From Candidatus Eiseniibacteriota bacterium (GTDB lineage: Bacteria; Eisenbacteria; RBG-16-71-46; JABDJR01), in contig CAVXKA010000002.1 in the NCBI GenBank assembly GCA_963762255.1, forward strand, positions 800,001-864,000: DNA of 64,000 nucleotides. Direction: 5' to 3'. Each line of letters begins with the position of its first letter. The stretch's first letter is position 1. Below are positions 24,459-34,349 of this stretch, one piece after another. Under the pieces are notes generated by a model that was not told the DNA's origin, did not search any database, and worked only from the letters and a program-made list of their open reading frames with translations. The position numbers were made by a program, and so were the translations under genes.

Positions 24459-25237
24459 GAGGTGCTCCTCGAGGTTTTGAACGCGTCCAATGCGATGACC
24501 GCCGCCACCAACGACGCATCCGACGGCCGCGAACACTGCGCGACCTTCTTCGTTCCCAACTCGCTCAGGCGGCGGGAGGTGGCGGGGCCGACAGAGACCG
24601 CGGTGGCTTCGTCGCGCCACCGTACGGCCGCCGCGGGAGCGCCGGCGGCGAAGACCGCTTCCACCGCGGACGGGCTGTGAAAGACGGCCGCTCCGGGGAT
24701 CGTCCCGTCCAGGTTCGCCTGCTCTTGCGGCGACAGTTCCCGGTCCACTGTTTCGTAGACCTGAAACACCGAGACCTCCGCGCCGCGCCTGGACAGGGCT
24801 TCGGGAAGCACTCGCGTCGCGCTCCCCTCGCGGTTGCCGGCAGGGATCCACACCCGACGGCCGCGCAAGTCGTGGGTGAGAAGCGCGCCGAGAAGTCCTT
24901 CAGCGGTCTCCTCCTCCGGCGTCGCCTCCACGCGCCAGCGCCAGGCGGCGGCGCTCTCCGCGGTGCGCCGGCCCACCGCCGCCGCACGAACGGCGGATCT
25001 GGCCATCCGGATCGCGGGGGCCCGGCAGAGCGCGTCTTCGAAACTCTGCACTGCGTTGGCGCTCACGAAGACGACCCAGTCGGGGGGTTCGCCCGCGGGG
25101 AGCGCCGCCGCCGGGAGCGAGCGCACGACCAGCACCGGCGCCGCGACGACGGAAAGACCCGCCTCCGTGAGCGCTCGCGCGGTGACGGCGTTGCCCGGCG
25201 CCGGCCGCGTCACCCAGACCGAAGGCGCGGCGGTCAC
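24455..25237 (-). CDS. hemD: Uroporphyrinogen-III synthase
   Basis: WVTRP, VFVSANAV, AVGRRTA, VYET, FHSPSAV, VGPATS; lies between hemC and hemB. Confidence 0.88.
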   Translation of the reverse strand: MTAAPSVWVTRPAPGNAVTARALTEAGLSVVAAPVLVVRSLPAAALPAGEPPDWVVFVSANAVQSFEDALCRAPAIRMARSAVRAAAVGRRTAESAAAWRWRVEATPEEETAEGLLGALLTHDLRGRRVWIPAGNREGSATRVLPEALSRRGAEVSVFQVYETVDRELSPQEQANLDGTIPGAAVFHSPSAVEAVFAAGAPAAAVRWRDEATAVSVGPATSRRLSELGTKKVAQCSRPSDASLVAAVIALDAFKTSRSTS

Positions 25238-25239
25238 GT

Positions 25240-26190
25240 TCAGCTTTCCGCCTCGCCCGCGACGCGGATCTCGGCCAGGATGTCCGCCGCTCCGCGGCCG
25301 ATGAGTCGCTGCGCCAGCTCGCGTCCGATGCGCTCCGCGTCCTCGCGGGGGCCTCGGTGGGTGTCGCGCACGAGGCGCGTGCCGTCCACCGACGCCACCA
25401 GGCCGTCGAGCACGACGTCGCCGCCGTCCAGTTGCGCGAGCGCGGCGACCGGAACCTGACATCCCCCTTCCAACTCCGCCAGGAGCGATCGCTCGGCCGT
25501 GACCCGCGAGCGGGTCTCCGCGTGATCGAGCACGGAAAGCAGCGCGCCCGTGCTCGCGTCGTCGCGCCCTTCGATGGCGAGAGCGCCCTGCCCGGGAGCG
25601 GGGAGGAACACGTCCGGCTCGAGCGCTTCGGTCACGTGCTCGGCGAGGCCCAACCGCACGAGGCCAGCCATGGCGAGGAACATCCCGGCCATGGACCCTT
25701 CGCGAAACTTGCGCAGCCGCGTGTCCACGTTGCCCCGGATCTCCTCCACCCGCGCACCGGGGTACCGATGACGAACCTGGGACTTTCGCCGGAGCGAACC
25801 GGTGGCCACCACCGCGTTCTGCGGCAGATCGAAGTAGCGAAGCCCGTTGCGGCCGATCCACGCGTCCCGGGGATCGAAGCGCGCGGGATGAGCCCACACG
25901 GTGAGGCCGGGGATGGGTTCGGTGGGGAGATCCTTGAGACTGTGCACGGCGAGATCGGCACTGCCATCCAGCAGCGCGTCCTGGATTTCTTTCGTGAACG
26001 CGCCCTTGCCGCCGCCCAGCGCCTGCAGCGAGGCCCCCTGGAATCGATCGCCGCTCGTCTTGATGATGCGCAACTCCACGTCGAGCCCGGGATGGGCCTC
26101 CATCAAGCGCTCGCGCACCCAGCGCGACTGCCAGAGCGCGAGGTCGGATCCGCGCGTCGCGATGGTGACCCTAGAAGGGCTGCTCGTCAT
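25240..26190 (-). CDS. hemC: Hydroxymethylbilane synthase
   Basis: IATRGSDLALWQ, AVHSLKDLP, IRGNVDTRL, PAPGQGAL, LEGGCQVP. Confidence 0.96.
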   Translation of the reverse strand: MTSSPSRVTIATRGSDLALWQSRWVRERLMEAHPGLDVELRIIKTSGDRFQGASLQALGGGKGAFTKEIQDALLDGSADLAVHSLKDLPTEPIPGLTVWAHPARFDPRDAWIGRNGLRYFDLPQNAVVATGSLRRKSQVRHRYPGARVEEIRGNVDTRLRKFREGSMAGMFLAMAGLVRLGLAEHVTEALEPDVFLPAPGQGALAIEGRDDASTGALLSVLDHAETRSRVTAERSLLAELEGGCQVPVAALAQLDGGDVVLDGLVASVDGTRLVRDTHRGPREDAERIGRELAQRLIGRGAADILAEIRVAGEAES

Positions 26191-27466
26191 CGTCCTCTGC
26201 TTCCCCATCGTCGAGATGGAACATGTGGCGAAGCGCGGCGAGCCGCTCCATCTGGACCGGATCGTCGGCGCGGTAGCCCTTGACCTCGGTGGTGATCCCC
26301 ATGAGGAGCTTGCGCACCAGGTTGCGGCTGAAGATGTCGAGCGGCTCGCGATCCTCCTCCTTGAAGCGTCTCGCGTTCTTGCCGATCTCGAATTCGCGGA
26401 CGGCGTCGAATGCCTGGTGCAGGTCACGGATGACCGGCCCGGCGGCGAGGCTCTCCAGCCAGCGCATGAACCCCTCGACCTCGGCCTGCACCATCTGCTC
26501 GACGACCGGGACCTCCTTCTCCCTCCGGGCGAGGTTGCGGTCCACGACGCTGGTCAGAGCGTCCATGTCGAAACGAAACACGCTGCCGATGCCGTCCACC
26601 GCGGGATCCACGTCGCGCGGTACCGCGATGTCGATGAGGACGAGCGGCTTCCCCTCGCGCCGGTGCATGACCTCGCGCACGAGATCCCGACCGATGATGG
26701 CGTGAGGGGCGCCGGTGGTTGAAACCACGATGTCCACGCGGGCCATCGCGTCACCGAGCCTGTCGAAGGAGACCGTTTCCCCTCCCAAATCGCGGGCCAG
26801 CACATCAGCCTTGTCTTTGGTGCGGTTCGCGATGAGGAGCGGCTCCACCTTGCGCGCCAGCAGATGCTGCGCGCACAGGGCGCCGTTCTCCCCCGCTCCA
26901 ACGAGCAACGCACCGCGACCCTCGAGCTTCTGGAAGACCTTCTCCGCCAACTCCACCGCCGCGAACGCAACCGACACCGCGCCCAGCCCGATCCGGGTTT
27001 CGCTGCGCGCCCGCTTGCCGATGTGGAACGCACGCGCCGCCAGCCTGTGAAGGACGCTTCCCGCCGCTTCGGCGTCGCGGGCGATGTCGTAGGCCGTCTT
27101 CACCTGGCCCAGGATCTCTTGCTCACCAAGAACCAGCGAGTCCAGCCCGCACGCCACACGGAACAGGTGCCGCACCGCGTTTTCGTTCGTCTCCAGATAG
27201 ATGTAGTCGAGCCGGCGCCCGTTTCCCTCGGGAATGCGGGTCAGGAAGAGCCGCTCTCGCATGCTGGGCGCGATCCCCTGCGGATCTGGGACGACGGCAT
27301 AGACCTCGGTCCGGTTACACGTGCTGAGCAGCATGGCCTGCGGGACGTCCTGCTCCTCCCGCAGCGCGCGCAGCGCACGCAGCGCCTCCTCGCGGGAGTA
27401 CACGACCTGCTCCCGAACCGGGAGCGGCGCCGTGCGATGGTTGAGACCGAGCAGGACGAGTCCCAT
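26171..27466 (-). CDS. hemA: Glutamyl-tRNA reductase
   Basis: GLNHRTAP, LSTCNRTE, GEQEILGQVK, GAGENG, DIAVPRDVD. Confidence 0.96.
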   Translation of the reverse strand: MGLVLLGLNHRTAPLPVREQVVYSREEALRALRALREEQDVPQAMLLSTCNRTEVYAVVPDPQGIAPSMRERLFLTRIPEGNGRRLDYIYLETNENAVRHLFRVACGLDSLVLGEQEILGQVKTAYDIARDAEAAGSVLHRLAARAFHIGKRARSETRIGLGAVSVAFAAVELAEKVFQKLEGRGALLVGAGENGALCAQHLLARKVEPLLIANRTKDKADVLARDLGGETVSFDRLGDAMARVDIVVSTTGAPHAIIGRDLVREVMHRREGKPLVLIDIAVPRDVDPAVDGIGSVFRFDMDALTSVVDRNLARREKEVPVVEQMVQAEVEGFMRWLESLAAGPVIRDLHQAFDAVREFEIGKNARRFKEEDREPLDIFSRNLVRKLLMGITTEVKGYRADDPVQMERLAALRHMFHLDDGEAEDDDEQPF

Positions 27467-27478
27467 CTTCGGTTTCCT

Positions 27479-28348
27479 CTAGCTGACGAACACGTGGAAC
27501 TTCGTGAGGAAGAAGTTCACCGCGAAGAGAGAAAACAAGACGACCAGGAATCCGAACAACGACGAGTAGGCCATGCGCGGGCCCTTCCAGGCCCTGAACT
27601 GCCGTCCGAGAATGGCAAGCCCGTAGAGCGCCCAGGTCCCGAACGCGACCAGGACCTTGGGATCCAGGTACACCGGCCGGCGCGTGTCGAGTGAGAGCGT
27701 ACGCGCAAGGTGCGAGCCCCAGATCGCACCCAGGATGATGGCCACGGTGAGCAGGGTGAACCCGGCTACCGAGGCGTAGAAGTTCATCCGGTCGAGAATG
27801 TCGAGCGACGGAAGTCGCCTGAAAACGAGGCCGAAGCTCTTGGTGCGGATCTGATGGTAGAGCATGAGGTACAGGAGCCCGTACACCGCCGCCACCGCGA
27901 AGGCCGAGTACCCCAGCACCGCCGCAGAGACGTGGAAACTGAAGAGCGTGCTGCCGAGGATCTGCGGAATCTCCCGGTCGAGCTTGGGGAAGAGCGTGTT
28001 CAGGATCTGAAATACCAGAACCAGGAAGAGGATGAACGGTCCGGTGTGTGGCGTTCCCGTCTTGGACTCCACGAACAGATACGTAGCGGCCACCGCGAAC
28101 CCGACCGCGCCGAGCGCCTGGTATACCGTCACCAGGGGGATGTGCTCGAAATACAGGGTGAAACCGAGCAGGTAGATCAGGTTCGCCACCACCGCGGTCA
28201 TGAGCAGCGGGCGCGCCAGCCGGCGGACCATCGATTCGTCGGTGGCGAACACCAGCACATAGTCGAAGAAAGCCACCCCGTAGAGGACGGGGAGCAACTC
28301 AAGCAACGCGCTCAGCAGCAGCTTGGCGTCGATCATTGCCGCTTCCAC
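27479..28348 (-). CDS. Cytochrome c assembly family membrane protein (HemX/CcsA-like)
   Basis: Multiple TM helices, FHVSAAVLGY, RLPSLDILD, GAIWG...DPKV, terminal FH; directly upstream of hemA. Confidence 0.82.
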   Translation of the reverse strand: MEAAMIDAKLLLSALLELLPVLYGVAFFDYVLVFATDESMVRRLARPLLMTAVVANLIYLLGFTLYFEHIPLVTVYQALGAVGFAVAATYLFVESKTGTPHTGPFILFLVLVFQILNTLFPKLDREIPQILGSTLFSFHVSAAVLGYSAFAVAAVYGLLYLMLYHQIRTKSFGLVFRRLPSLDILDRMNFYASVAGFTLLTVAIILGAIWGSHLARTLSLDTRRPVYLDPKVLVAFGTWALYGLAILGRQFRAWKGPRMAYSSLFGFLVVLFSLFAVNFFLTKFHVFVS

Positions 28349-28415
28349 TCCGACGCCGGTACGCTAGCGCCGCCCGGGACGCCGCCCCTCGAGCGTGCTT
28401 CGAGGCGAGTCCTCC

Positions 28416-29768
28416 TCATGCCGGCCATGAGTCCCCTCCCCACCAGGTTTGCCGCCCCTCGCTGGTCACCAGGTGCTTGATCAGGTTTCGCGCCACCGGA
28501 GGTTCGTCCCCGATTCGAAACGCCTTGGCCACGAATTCGCGAGCCACCCGGCTCCCCACCGAGTCCGACGCGGCGAGGACGGTGGCCAGTGCTTCGCCCG
28601 CCTCCACGCGATCGCCGTAGCGGCGGTTCAAGAGGACTCCCACCGAGGGGTCGACCGAGTCTTCCGCGCGCCGACGCCCTCCCCCCAATTCAACCACGGC
28701 TTCGCCGATCAAGTACGGGTCGACGTCGGTCACGTATCCCGCCTCGGGGGCGGGAATCTCGATGCGCACCGGCGCCACCGGCAGGAGGCTCGGGTCGCGC
28801 ACGACGCGCGGGTCGCCGCCCTGGGCCTTCACCATGGCCTCGAAGCGGTCGAGGCCGGAACCGTCGGTCGCGGCGCGCTCCATGTCCGCCCAGGCATCTC
28901 CCCAGGAGCCGGCCTTTCCGCCGAGGAGAAGCATCGCGGCGCCCAGGGTGTTCACCAACTCGGTGAGATCGGCCGGGCCCTTTCCGCTCAAGCAGTCCAG
29001 GGCCACCTTCACTTCCACGGCGTTCCCGGCGGCGGTACCCAGCGGAACGTCCATGTCGGTGACGAAGGCCGCCACCCGCTTGCCCATCAGCGTGCCGACG
29101 CGGGTCAGCTCCTCGGCGAGCCGCAGCGCGTCTTCTTCGGTCTTCATGAAGGCCCCGCGCCCGCACTTCACGTCGAGCACGAGTGCGTCGATCCCTTCCG
29201 CCACCTTCTTCGAGAGGATGCTGCTCACGATCAGCGGGACCGATTCGACGGTCGCGGTCACGTCGCGCAGCGCGTACATGCGCCGGTCGGCCGGCACGAG
29301 CGACTCGGTCTGTCCCCCCATCACGAATCCCACGTCCTTGAGGATGCGGTGGAAGGTGTCTCGGTCGAGGGTCGTGCGCAGTCCGGGGATGCTCTCCAGC
29401 TTGTCCAGGGTTCCGCCGGTGTGGCCGAGACCCCGGCCGGAGACCATCGGTACCGGTACCCCGCAGGCGGCTACGAGCGGCGCCAAGGGGAGCGACACGA
29501 GATCCCCCACCCCGCCCGTCGAGTGTTTGTCGACCTTGAGGCCGGGCACGTCGGGGAAGGTGAACGTCTCCCCGGTCTCCACCATCACCCGGGTCAAGGT
29601 GGCGGTCTCGCGCGCGGACATGCCGCGGAAGAAGACAGCCATGAGGAACGCCGTCATCTGGTACGGCGCCACCTCTTCGTTGACGAAGGCACGCAAGAAG
29701 GCCTCGATTTCCTCGTCCCGGAGTTCGCGACCGTCGCGCTTGGCGCGGATCACATCGCGCGCGTTCAT
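28416..29768 (-). CDS. pdp: Pyrimidine-nucleoside/thymidine phosphorylase
   Basis: KRDG, DKHSTGGVGD, SGRGLGHTGGTLDKLE, SILSKK, DVKCGRGAFMK; start trimmed to MNARDV. Confidence 0.93.
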   Translation of the reverse strand: MNARDVIRAKRDGRELRDEEIEAFLRAFVNEEVAPYQMTAFLMAVFFRGMSARETATLTRVMVETGETFTFPDVPGLKVDKHSTGGVGDLVSLPLAPLVAACGVPVPMVSGRGLGHTGGTLDKLESIPGLRTTLDRDTFHRILKDVGFVMGGQTESLVPADRRMYALRDVTATVESVPLIVSSILSKKVAEGIDALVLDVKCGRGAFMKTEEDALRLAEELTRVGTLMGKRVAAFVTDMDVPLGTAAGNAVEVKVALDCLSGKGPADLTELVNTLGAAMLLLGGKAGSWGDAWADMERAATDGSGLDRFEAMVKAQGGDPRVVRDPSLLPVAPVRIEIPAPEAGYVTDVDPYLIGEAVVELGGGRRRAEDSVDPSVGVLLNRRYGDRVEAGEALATVLAASDSVGSRVAREFVAKAFRIGDEPPVARNLIKHLVTSEGRQTWWGGDSWPA

Positions 29769-31261
29769 AGCATCGCCTCCGTCGCCGCAGGCAGGCCGTT
29801 CCGCTCGGCGGGGCCGGCGGCGAGGCGTTCCGCCAACGCCTTCGCCTCCCGCACGCAGTCGTTCACGCCGATGCCTCGGTACGCGTTGTTCAGGAGATGG
29901 AGCCCGGGAAATTCCTGCAAGTCCTGCTCCAAGCGGCGGAGACGCTCGGGATGCCCCATCACGTATTGCGGGATGCCCTTGGGATGGCGGAAGAGCCGCG
30001 TCTCCTTGGGCATGCCGGTGATGCCGCCGAGCATGCGTCCCAATTCTCCGTGGACGAGGTCGACCGTCCGTCCCTCGGAAAGCGCCGCTCCCTCGGGGTC
30101 GCGCGCTCCTCCCACCATCGTGCGCATGAGCACCCGCTGATTCTTGACGTGGGGAGGGAAGATGCTTCCGTTCCAGATGCAGCCCAAGAGCCGGGGGCCT
30201 TGCCCGCGAGGAATGATGAACCCGAACCCATCGAGATCGTGTGCGATCTGACGCCGGTCGTAGATCAGGCACGCCACGGTGATGCCGGCGTAGGGAATGG
30301 CCTCGAGCGTGCGCGCCACCGAGGCGAAGCGCCGCTTGAGGATCGCCGGGCCGGCGAACGACGGGGTGGCCAGCACCACGCGCCGCGCTCGCAGCGTCCA
30401 CGGCACGCCGTTGCGGATCGTTTCGATGCGGTAGCCCCCGTCGACCGGTTCCAGGTCGACGACCCGGGTGGAGAGGGAGAGTCGCGGCCCCGCGATCTCG
30501 GCCAGACGGCCGACGAGAACCTGCATGCCCTCATCGAAGGACGTCAGCGTGCCGCCGGGTCCCATCGGGCCGCCGGACTTCACCTTGGTACGACGCGCCG
30601 TGCGCATCTTCGCGATCATGGCCTTCACCAGACTGCCGTGCGTTTCCTCCATCTGCTTCATGCGGGGAAACGCGGACTGGAGACTCAGGTTCTCGGGATC
30701 GCCGGCGTAGATGCCGGAGACCATGGCGTCCACCAGCACCGAGGCCGCCTCGCGCCCGATACGCCGGGACGCAAACGCGAACACGCTCTCGTCGCCCCCT
30801 ACCGGGCCGCGCGGCATGAACGGTTCGAGCAGAACACGCGCGCGTCCGCGCCGGCTCAACAAGTCGCTCCTGAAGAACGCGGCCGGCTTCATGGGGAGCG
30901 CCCGAAGCGCCCCGTTCACCCAGAGGAAGCGTCGTTCGGCCTTCTCGTTGGCGACCAGAATGTGCTCGCCGAGGCCCACCTCGTGAGCCAGATCCCAGGT
31001 GAAGGGGACATTGGTGAGAAAGCCGTTCGGTCCCCACTCGCAGAGGCATCCACCGACCCAGTCGGAGCGCATGGTGCCACCCGGGTGGGCTTCCGATTCG
31101 AGCACCGCGACGGACCAATCGGCGCGCCGCTCCAGCGCCTCGCGGGCCAGCGCAAGCCCCGAGACTCCCGCGCCCACGATGGCGAGGTCGAGGAACGCCG
31201 GAGCGTTCCCGCCGCCCGGGGAGCCCGAATCCCGGCTCAATGTCTGGTTCGTTCCGCTCAC
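29765..31261 (-). CDS. hemY: HemY-type protoporphyrinogen oxidase
   Basis: IVGAGVSGL FAD motif, EWGPNGF, SGIYAGDP, GFGFIIP, IPQY..GH, GIGVNDC. Confidence 0.9.
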   Translation of the reverse strand: MSGTNQTLSRDSGSPGGGNAPAFLDLAIVGAGVSGLALAREALERRADWSVAVLESEAHPGGTMRSDWVGGCLCEWGPNGFLTNVPFTWDLAHEVGLGEHILVANEKAERRFLWVNGALRALPMKPAAFFRSDLLSRRGRARVLLEPFMPRGPVGGDESVFAFASRRIGREAASVLVDAMVSGIYAGDPENLSLQSAFPRMKQMEETHGSLVKAMIAKMRTARRTKVKSGGPMGPGGTLTSFDEGMQVLVGRLAEIAGPRLSLSTRVVDLEPVDGGYRIETIRNGVPWTLRARRVVLATPSFAGPAILKRRFASVARTLEAIPYAGITVACLIYDRRQIAHDLDGFGFIIPRGQGPRLLGCIWNGSIFPPHVKNQRVLMRTMVGGARDPEGAALSEGRTVDLVHGELGRMLGGITGMPKETRLFRHPKGIPQYVMGHPERLRRLEQDLQEFPGLHLLNNAYRGIGVNDCVREAKALAERLAAGPAERNGLPAATEAML

Positions 31262-31278
31262 TGCAATTGCATCCCCTG

Positions 31279-32673
31279 CTATACCGTGCGCGAAAAGAGA
31301 GGTTTATCCCGGGGTGTCTGCTTCAAGTACTTGTCGAAGGGCATCACCACGTTACGCACGAAGAGCTGCCCCAGCGGCAGAACCACCATCTTCTCCCCAC
31401 GCCGCTCGTAGAAACCGGGGTCGATCGTGCGGTCCAACTCGGCCAGCTCCTCGGCGAAATAGCGGTCGAACTCGACTCCGAAGCGAGCTTTCACCACGTC
31501 CACGTCCAGTTCGAAGTTGCACATGAGCGAGTGAATCACATAGCGGCGCAACATGTCATCGTCGCTGAGAAGGCACCCTTTTTCCACGGGAAGCCGGCCC
31601 GCGTCGAGGGCCGGATAGTACTCGGAGAGTTTCTTCGCATTCTGAACGTACGCGCCTCCCACATCGCCGATCGCGGAGATGCCGAAGCCGACCATGTCCG
31701 GGGCCGCCTTCACCGTGTACCCCATGAAATTGCGGGCAAGGGTGCCCTTCAGACGAGCCTGGGCCAACTCGTCCTCAGGCCGCGCGAAGTGGTCCATGCC
31801 GATCTGCAGGTATCCGGCTTCGGTGAAGGTCTCGACGGCGGCGGCGAACAGCGCGAACTTGACGTCGCGCGCGGGGAGATCCCCCTCGTGAATCCGCTTC
31901 TGGTTGGGCCGGATCCACGGCACGTGCGCGTAGGAGTAGACCGCGGTCCGGCCCGGGGCCAGCGCGATCACCTCGGCGAGGTTCTCGCGAAAGCTCTCCA
32001 CCGTCTGGAGCGGCAGGCCGTACACGAGGTCGATGTTGATGTCGGTGATGCCGCGTTTGCGCGAGTACTCGCACAGCGCGCGGGTTTGCTCGAGCGTCTG
32101 CTCGCGCCCGATGGCGCCCTGCACCTCCGGGGTGAAGTCCTGCACCCCCATGCTCAGCCGGTTGAACCCCAACTCGGCCATGACGTCTACCTGCTCGAGC
32201 GTGGTCACCCGGGGATCCGCCTCGAGAGCGACCTCGGCGTCGGGGAGGAGTTCGAAGTGGTCGGTGATCGCGCCGAAGACCTCGCGCATCTGGTCCGGGG
32301 TGAGATGGGTGGGCGTGCCCCCGCCCCAATGGAGCTGGAGTACTTTTCGGCGCGCGGGCAGGGCCGCCGCCACCATGGAGAGTTCCTTCTTGAGGTGCTC
32401 GATGTAGTCGCGCACCACGTCCTCGCGCCGCGTGATCACGACGTAGCAGCCGCAGAAGTGGCAGCGGTGCTCGCAGAAGGGAATGTGGACGTAGAGGGAG
32501 AGGGGATCTTCGCTTCGGCGATTGGCCGAGGCAAGACGCTCGTTGTATTCCTCGGGGCCGAAGGCGTCGCTGAATTCGGGGGCGGTGGGATAGCTGGTAT
32601 AGCGAGGCCCCGGACGGTCGTATCGGGCGAGAAGTTCGCCGGTCACCTTGAGGGTCGTGGAGGCGTCAGCCAT
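31279..32673 (-). CDS. hemN: Oxygen-independent coproporphyrinogen III dehydrogenase
   Basis: N-terminal GPRYTSYPTA (marks true HemN rather than HemW), CEHRCHFC radical SAM motif, WGGGTP, RNFMGY. Confidence 0.94.
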   Translation of the reverse strand: MADASTTLKVTGELLARYDRPGPRYTSYPTAPEFSDAFGPEEYNERLASANRRSEDPLSLYVHIPFCEHRCHFCGCYVVITRREDVVRDYIEHLKKELSMVAAALPARRKVLQLHWGGGTPTHLTPDQMREVFGAITDHFELLPDAEVALEADPRVTTLEQVDVMAELGFNRLSMGVQDFTPEVQGAIGREQTLEQTRALCEYSRKRGITDINIDLVYGLPLQTVESFRENLAEVIALAPGRTAVYSYAHVPWIRPNQKRIHEGDLPARDVKFALFAAAVETFTEAGYLQIGMDHFARPEDELAQARLKGTLARNFMGYTVKAAPDMVGFGISAIGDVGGAYVQNAKKLSEYYPALDAGRLPVEKGCLLSDDDMLRRYVIHSLMCNFELDVDVVKARFGVEFDRYFAEELAELDRTIDPGFYERRGEKMVVLPLGQLFVRNVVMPFDKYLKQTPRDKPLFSRTV

Positions 32674-32674
32674 G

Positions 32675-33778
32675 TCATCCTTCCTTGGCCGCGGAGGCCG
32701 CGCCACGAATGCGCCGGCCCTCCTCGTGGACGAATCTCACCAGTTCCGCCACCGCCTCCACCGGAACCTGGGGCGTGATGCCGTGCCCGAGGTTGAATAC
32801 ATGAGGACTGTCCCCCGCATCCGTGAGAATCTCCCGCGCCTCATCCCGGATCACATCGAGTGGAGCCATGAGCACGGCGGGATCGAGGTTCCCTTGCAGT
32901 GGGCGCAACCCGCCGAGGCGCCGGCGCGCGTCCGCCACCCGAACCCGCCAATCGAGACCGATCACATCGGCTCCGCTCTCATCCATCAACTCCAGGAGTT
33001 TGCCGGTTCCATTGCCGTAGAGGATGAACGGCACTCCCTCGGTGTGGACCCGCTCCACGATGCCCTGCACGTGAGGGAGGACATGCCGCTCGTAGTCGCG
33101 CGGCGAGAGGAGACCCGACCAGGTGTCGAAAAGCTGAACCGCCTGCGCGCCGGCCTCGACCTGCGCCTTGAGGTAGTCCGACACGACCAGTCCCAGCTTC
33201 TCCATCAGTGCGTGGAAGAGCGCCGGCTCCTGGTGCATGAGGCCCTTGAGCCGCGCGAAGTCCTTCGAACCGGCGCCCTCGACCATGTAGGCCGCGAGCG
33301 TGAACGGGGCGCCGGCAAATCCGATCAGCGCCACCGACGGCGGGAGCGCCCGCCGGAGCCCGCGCACCGTCTCCATGACGAACCCGAGCGATTCGAGCGG
33401 GTCGGGCCGGCCGAGCCTGCGGATGTCGTCCGCCGTCCGCACCGGATTCGCGATCACCGGGGCGGGGTTGAACTCCAGCTCGACGCCCATCGGCTCCACC
33501 GGGATCAGGATGTCGGAGAACAGAATCGCCGCGTCGAAACCGAACCGACGGATCGGCTGGAGGGTCACTTCGATGGCGAGGTCCGGGGTCTTGCAGAGCG
33601 TGAGAAAATCAACCTTCTCGCGAACCTGGCGATATTCCGGAAGATAGCGGCCGGCCTGACGCATGAGCCAGATCGGGGTGGTCTCCGTACGCTCACCGTG
33701 GCAGGCCCTCAGGAAGAGAGGGTCCGGCCCGATGCCGGGCTGGGCGGTCGAAGTTTGTCCTGGTTCGTGGGTGCTCAT
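32675..33778 (-). CDS. hemE: Uroporphyrinogen decarboxylase
   Basis: PIWLMRQAGRYLPEY, AILFSDIL, GFAGAPFT, QGNLDP, FNLGHGI. Confidence 0.96.
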   Translation of the reverse strand: MSTHEPGQTSTAQPGIGPDPLFLRACHGERTETTPIWLMRQAGRYLPEYRQVREKVDFLTLCKTPDLAIEVTLQPIRRFGFDAAILFSDILIPVEPMGVELEFNPAPVIANPVRTADDIRRLGRPDPLESLGFVMETVRGLRRALPPSVALIGFAGAPFTLAAYMVEGAGSKDFARLKGLMHQEPALFHALMEKLGLVVSDYLKAQVEAGAQAVQLFDTWSGLLSPRDYERHVLPHVQGIVERVHTEGVPFILYGNGTGKLLELMDESGADVIGLDWRVRVADARRRLGGLRPLQGNLDPAVLMAPLDVIRDEAREILTDAGDSPHVFNLGHGITPQVPVEAVAELVRFVHEEGRRIRGAASAAKEG

Positions 33779-33851
33779 ACCGTGTATGCCTTCAAAAGTA
33801 CGGCGGTCATTCTACCCGCGGCCGGGGCCTCGGTGCCATCCAAACTGAGAA

Positions 33852-33868
33852 TGATACATATCGTATCA
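33852..33868. promoter_or_regulatory. Inverted repeat TGATAC-atatc-GTATCA upstream of hemE; putative regulator site
   Basis: AT-rich palindrome; minus-strand -10 TAGAAT at 33809-33814. Confidence 0.45.
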
Positions 33869-33929
33869 AGATTCCAAGTGGCCGAGACGCAAAGAGTTGG
33901 ACAACGTACGATGGAGACCGGGCCTCTCG

Positions 33930-34349
33930 TCAGGCCTTGGTTTCCGAATTCCATCCGCCGTCGAACGCGTCGGGGAGGAGGTCGCGCGGAGAGCCCCACG
34001 ACTTCTGGATGCCGTCGGCATCGCCGAAGAGAACGCGGGCGTTCGGGGCCAGCTCCAGAATCACCTGGCGGCATGCTCCACATGGGGAGTCGACTTCAGG
34101 ATGGTCCGAGGTGATCACGAGCGTGCGGATATCGTGGGTCCCGTGCGCGACGGCGTTGAACAGGGCGATCCGCTCCGCGCAGACCGTGAGCCCCAGGCTC
34201 GCGTTCTCGATGTTGCACCCCGGATAGATCTGGCCGTCGGCGCCGACAGCGATGGCCCCTACCCGGATATTGGAGTACGGGCTCCGCGCCATTTCCATCG
34301 CCTTCCTGGCGAAACGAAGCAGGTCTAGATCGCCGTTCTGTTGGTTCAT
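33930..34349 (-). CDS. cdd: Cytidine deaminase (homotetrameric type)
   Basis: PYS..VGA, GCNIENAS, CAERIA, SPCGACRQ, LLPDAF. Confidence 0.93.
   Translation of the reverse strand: MNQQNGDLDLLRFARKAMEMARSPYSNIRVGAIAVGADGQIYPGCNIENASLGLTVCAERIALFNAVAHGTHDIRTLVITSDHPEVDSPCGACRQVILELAPNARVLFGDADGIQKSWGSPRDLLPDAFDGGWNSETKA

Noticed and set aside
22150-30401. Apparent long N-terminal extensions or fusions on hemL (789 aa), hemB, hemD, hemC and pdp (661 aa); likewise tal, the cytidylate-kinase-like gene and lipB further along
   Set aside because: The extensions overlap neighbouring genes in another frame; internal starts give normal lengths
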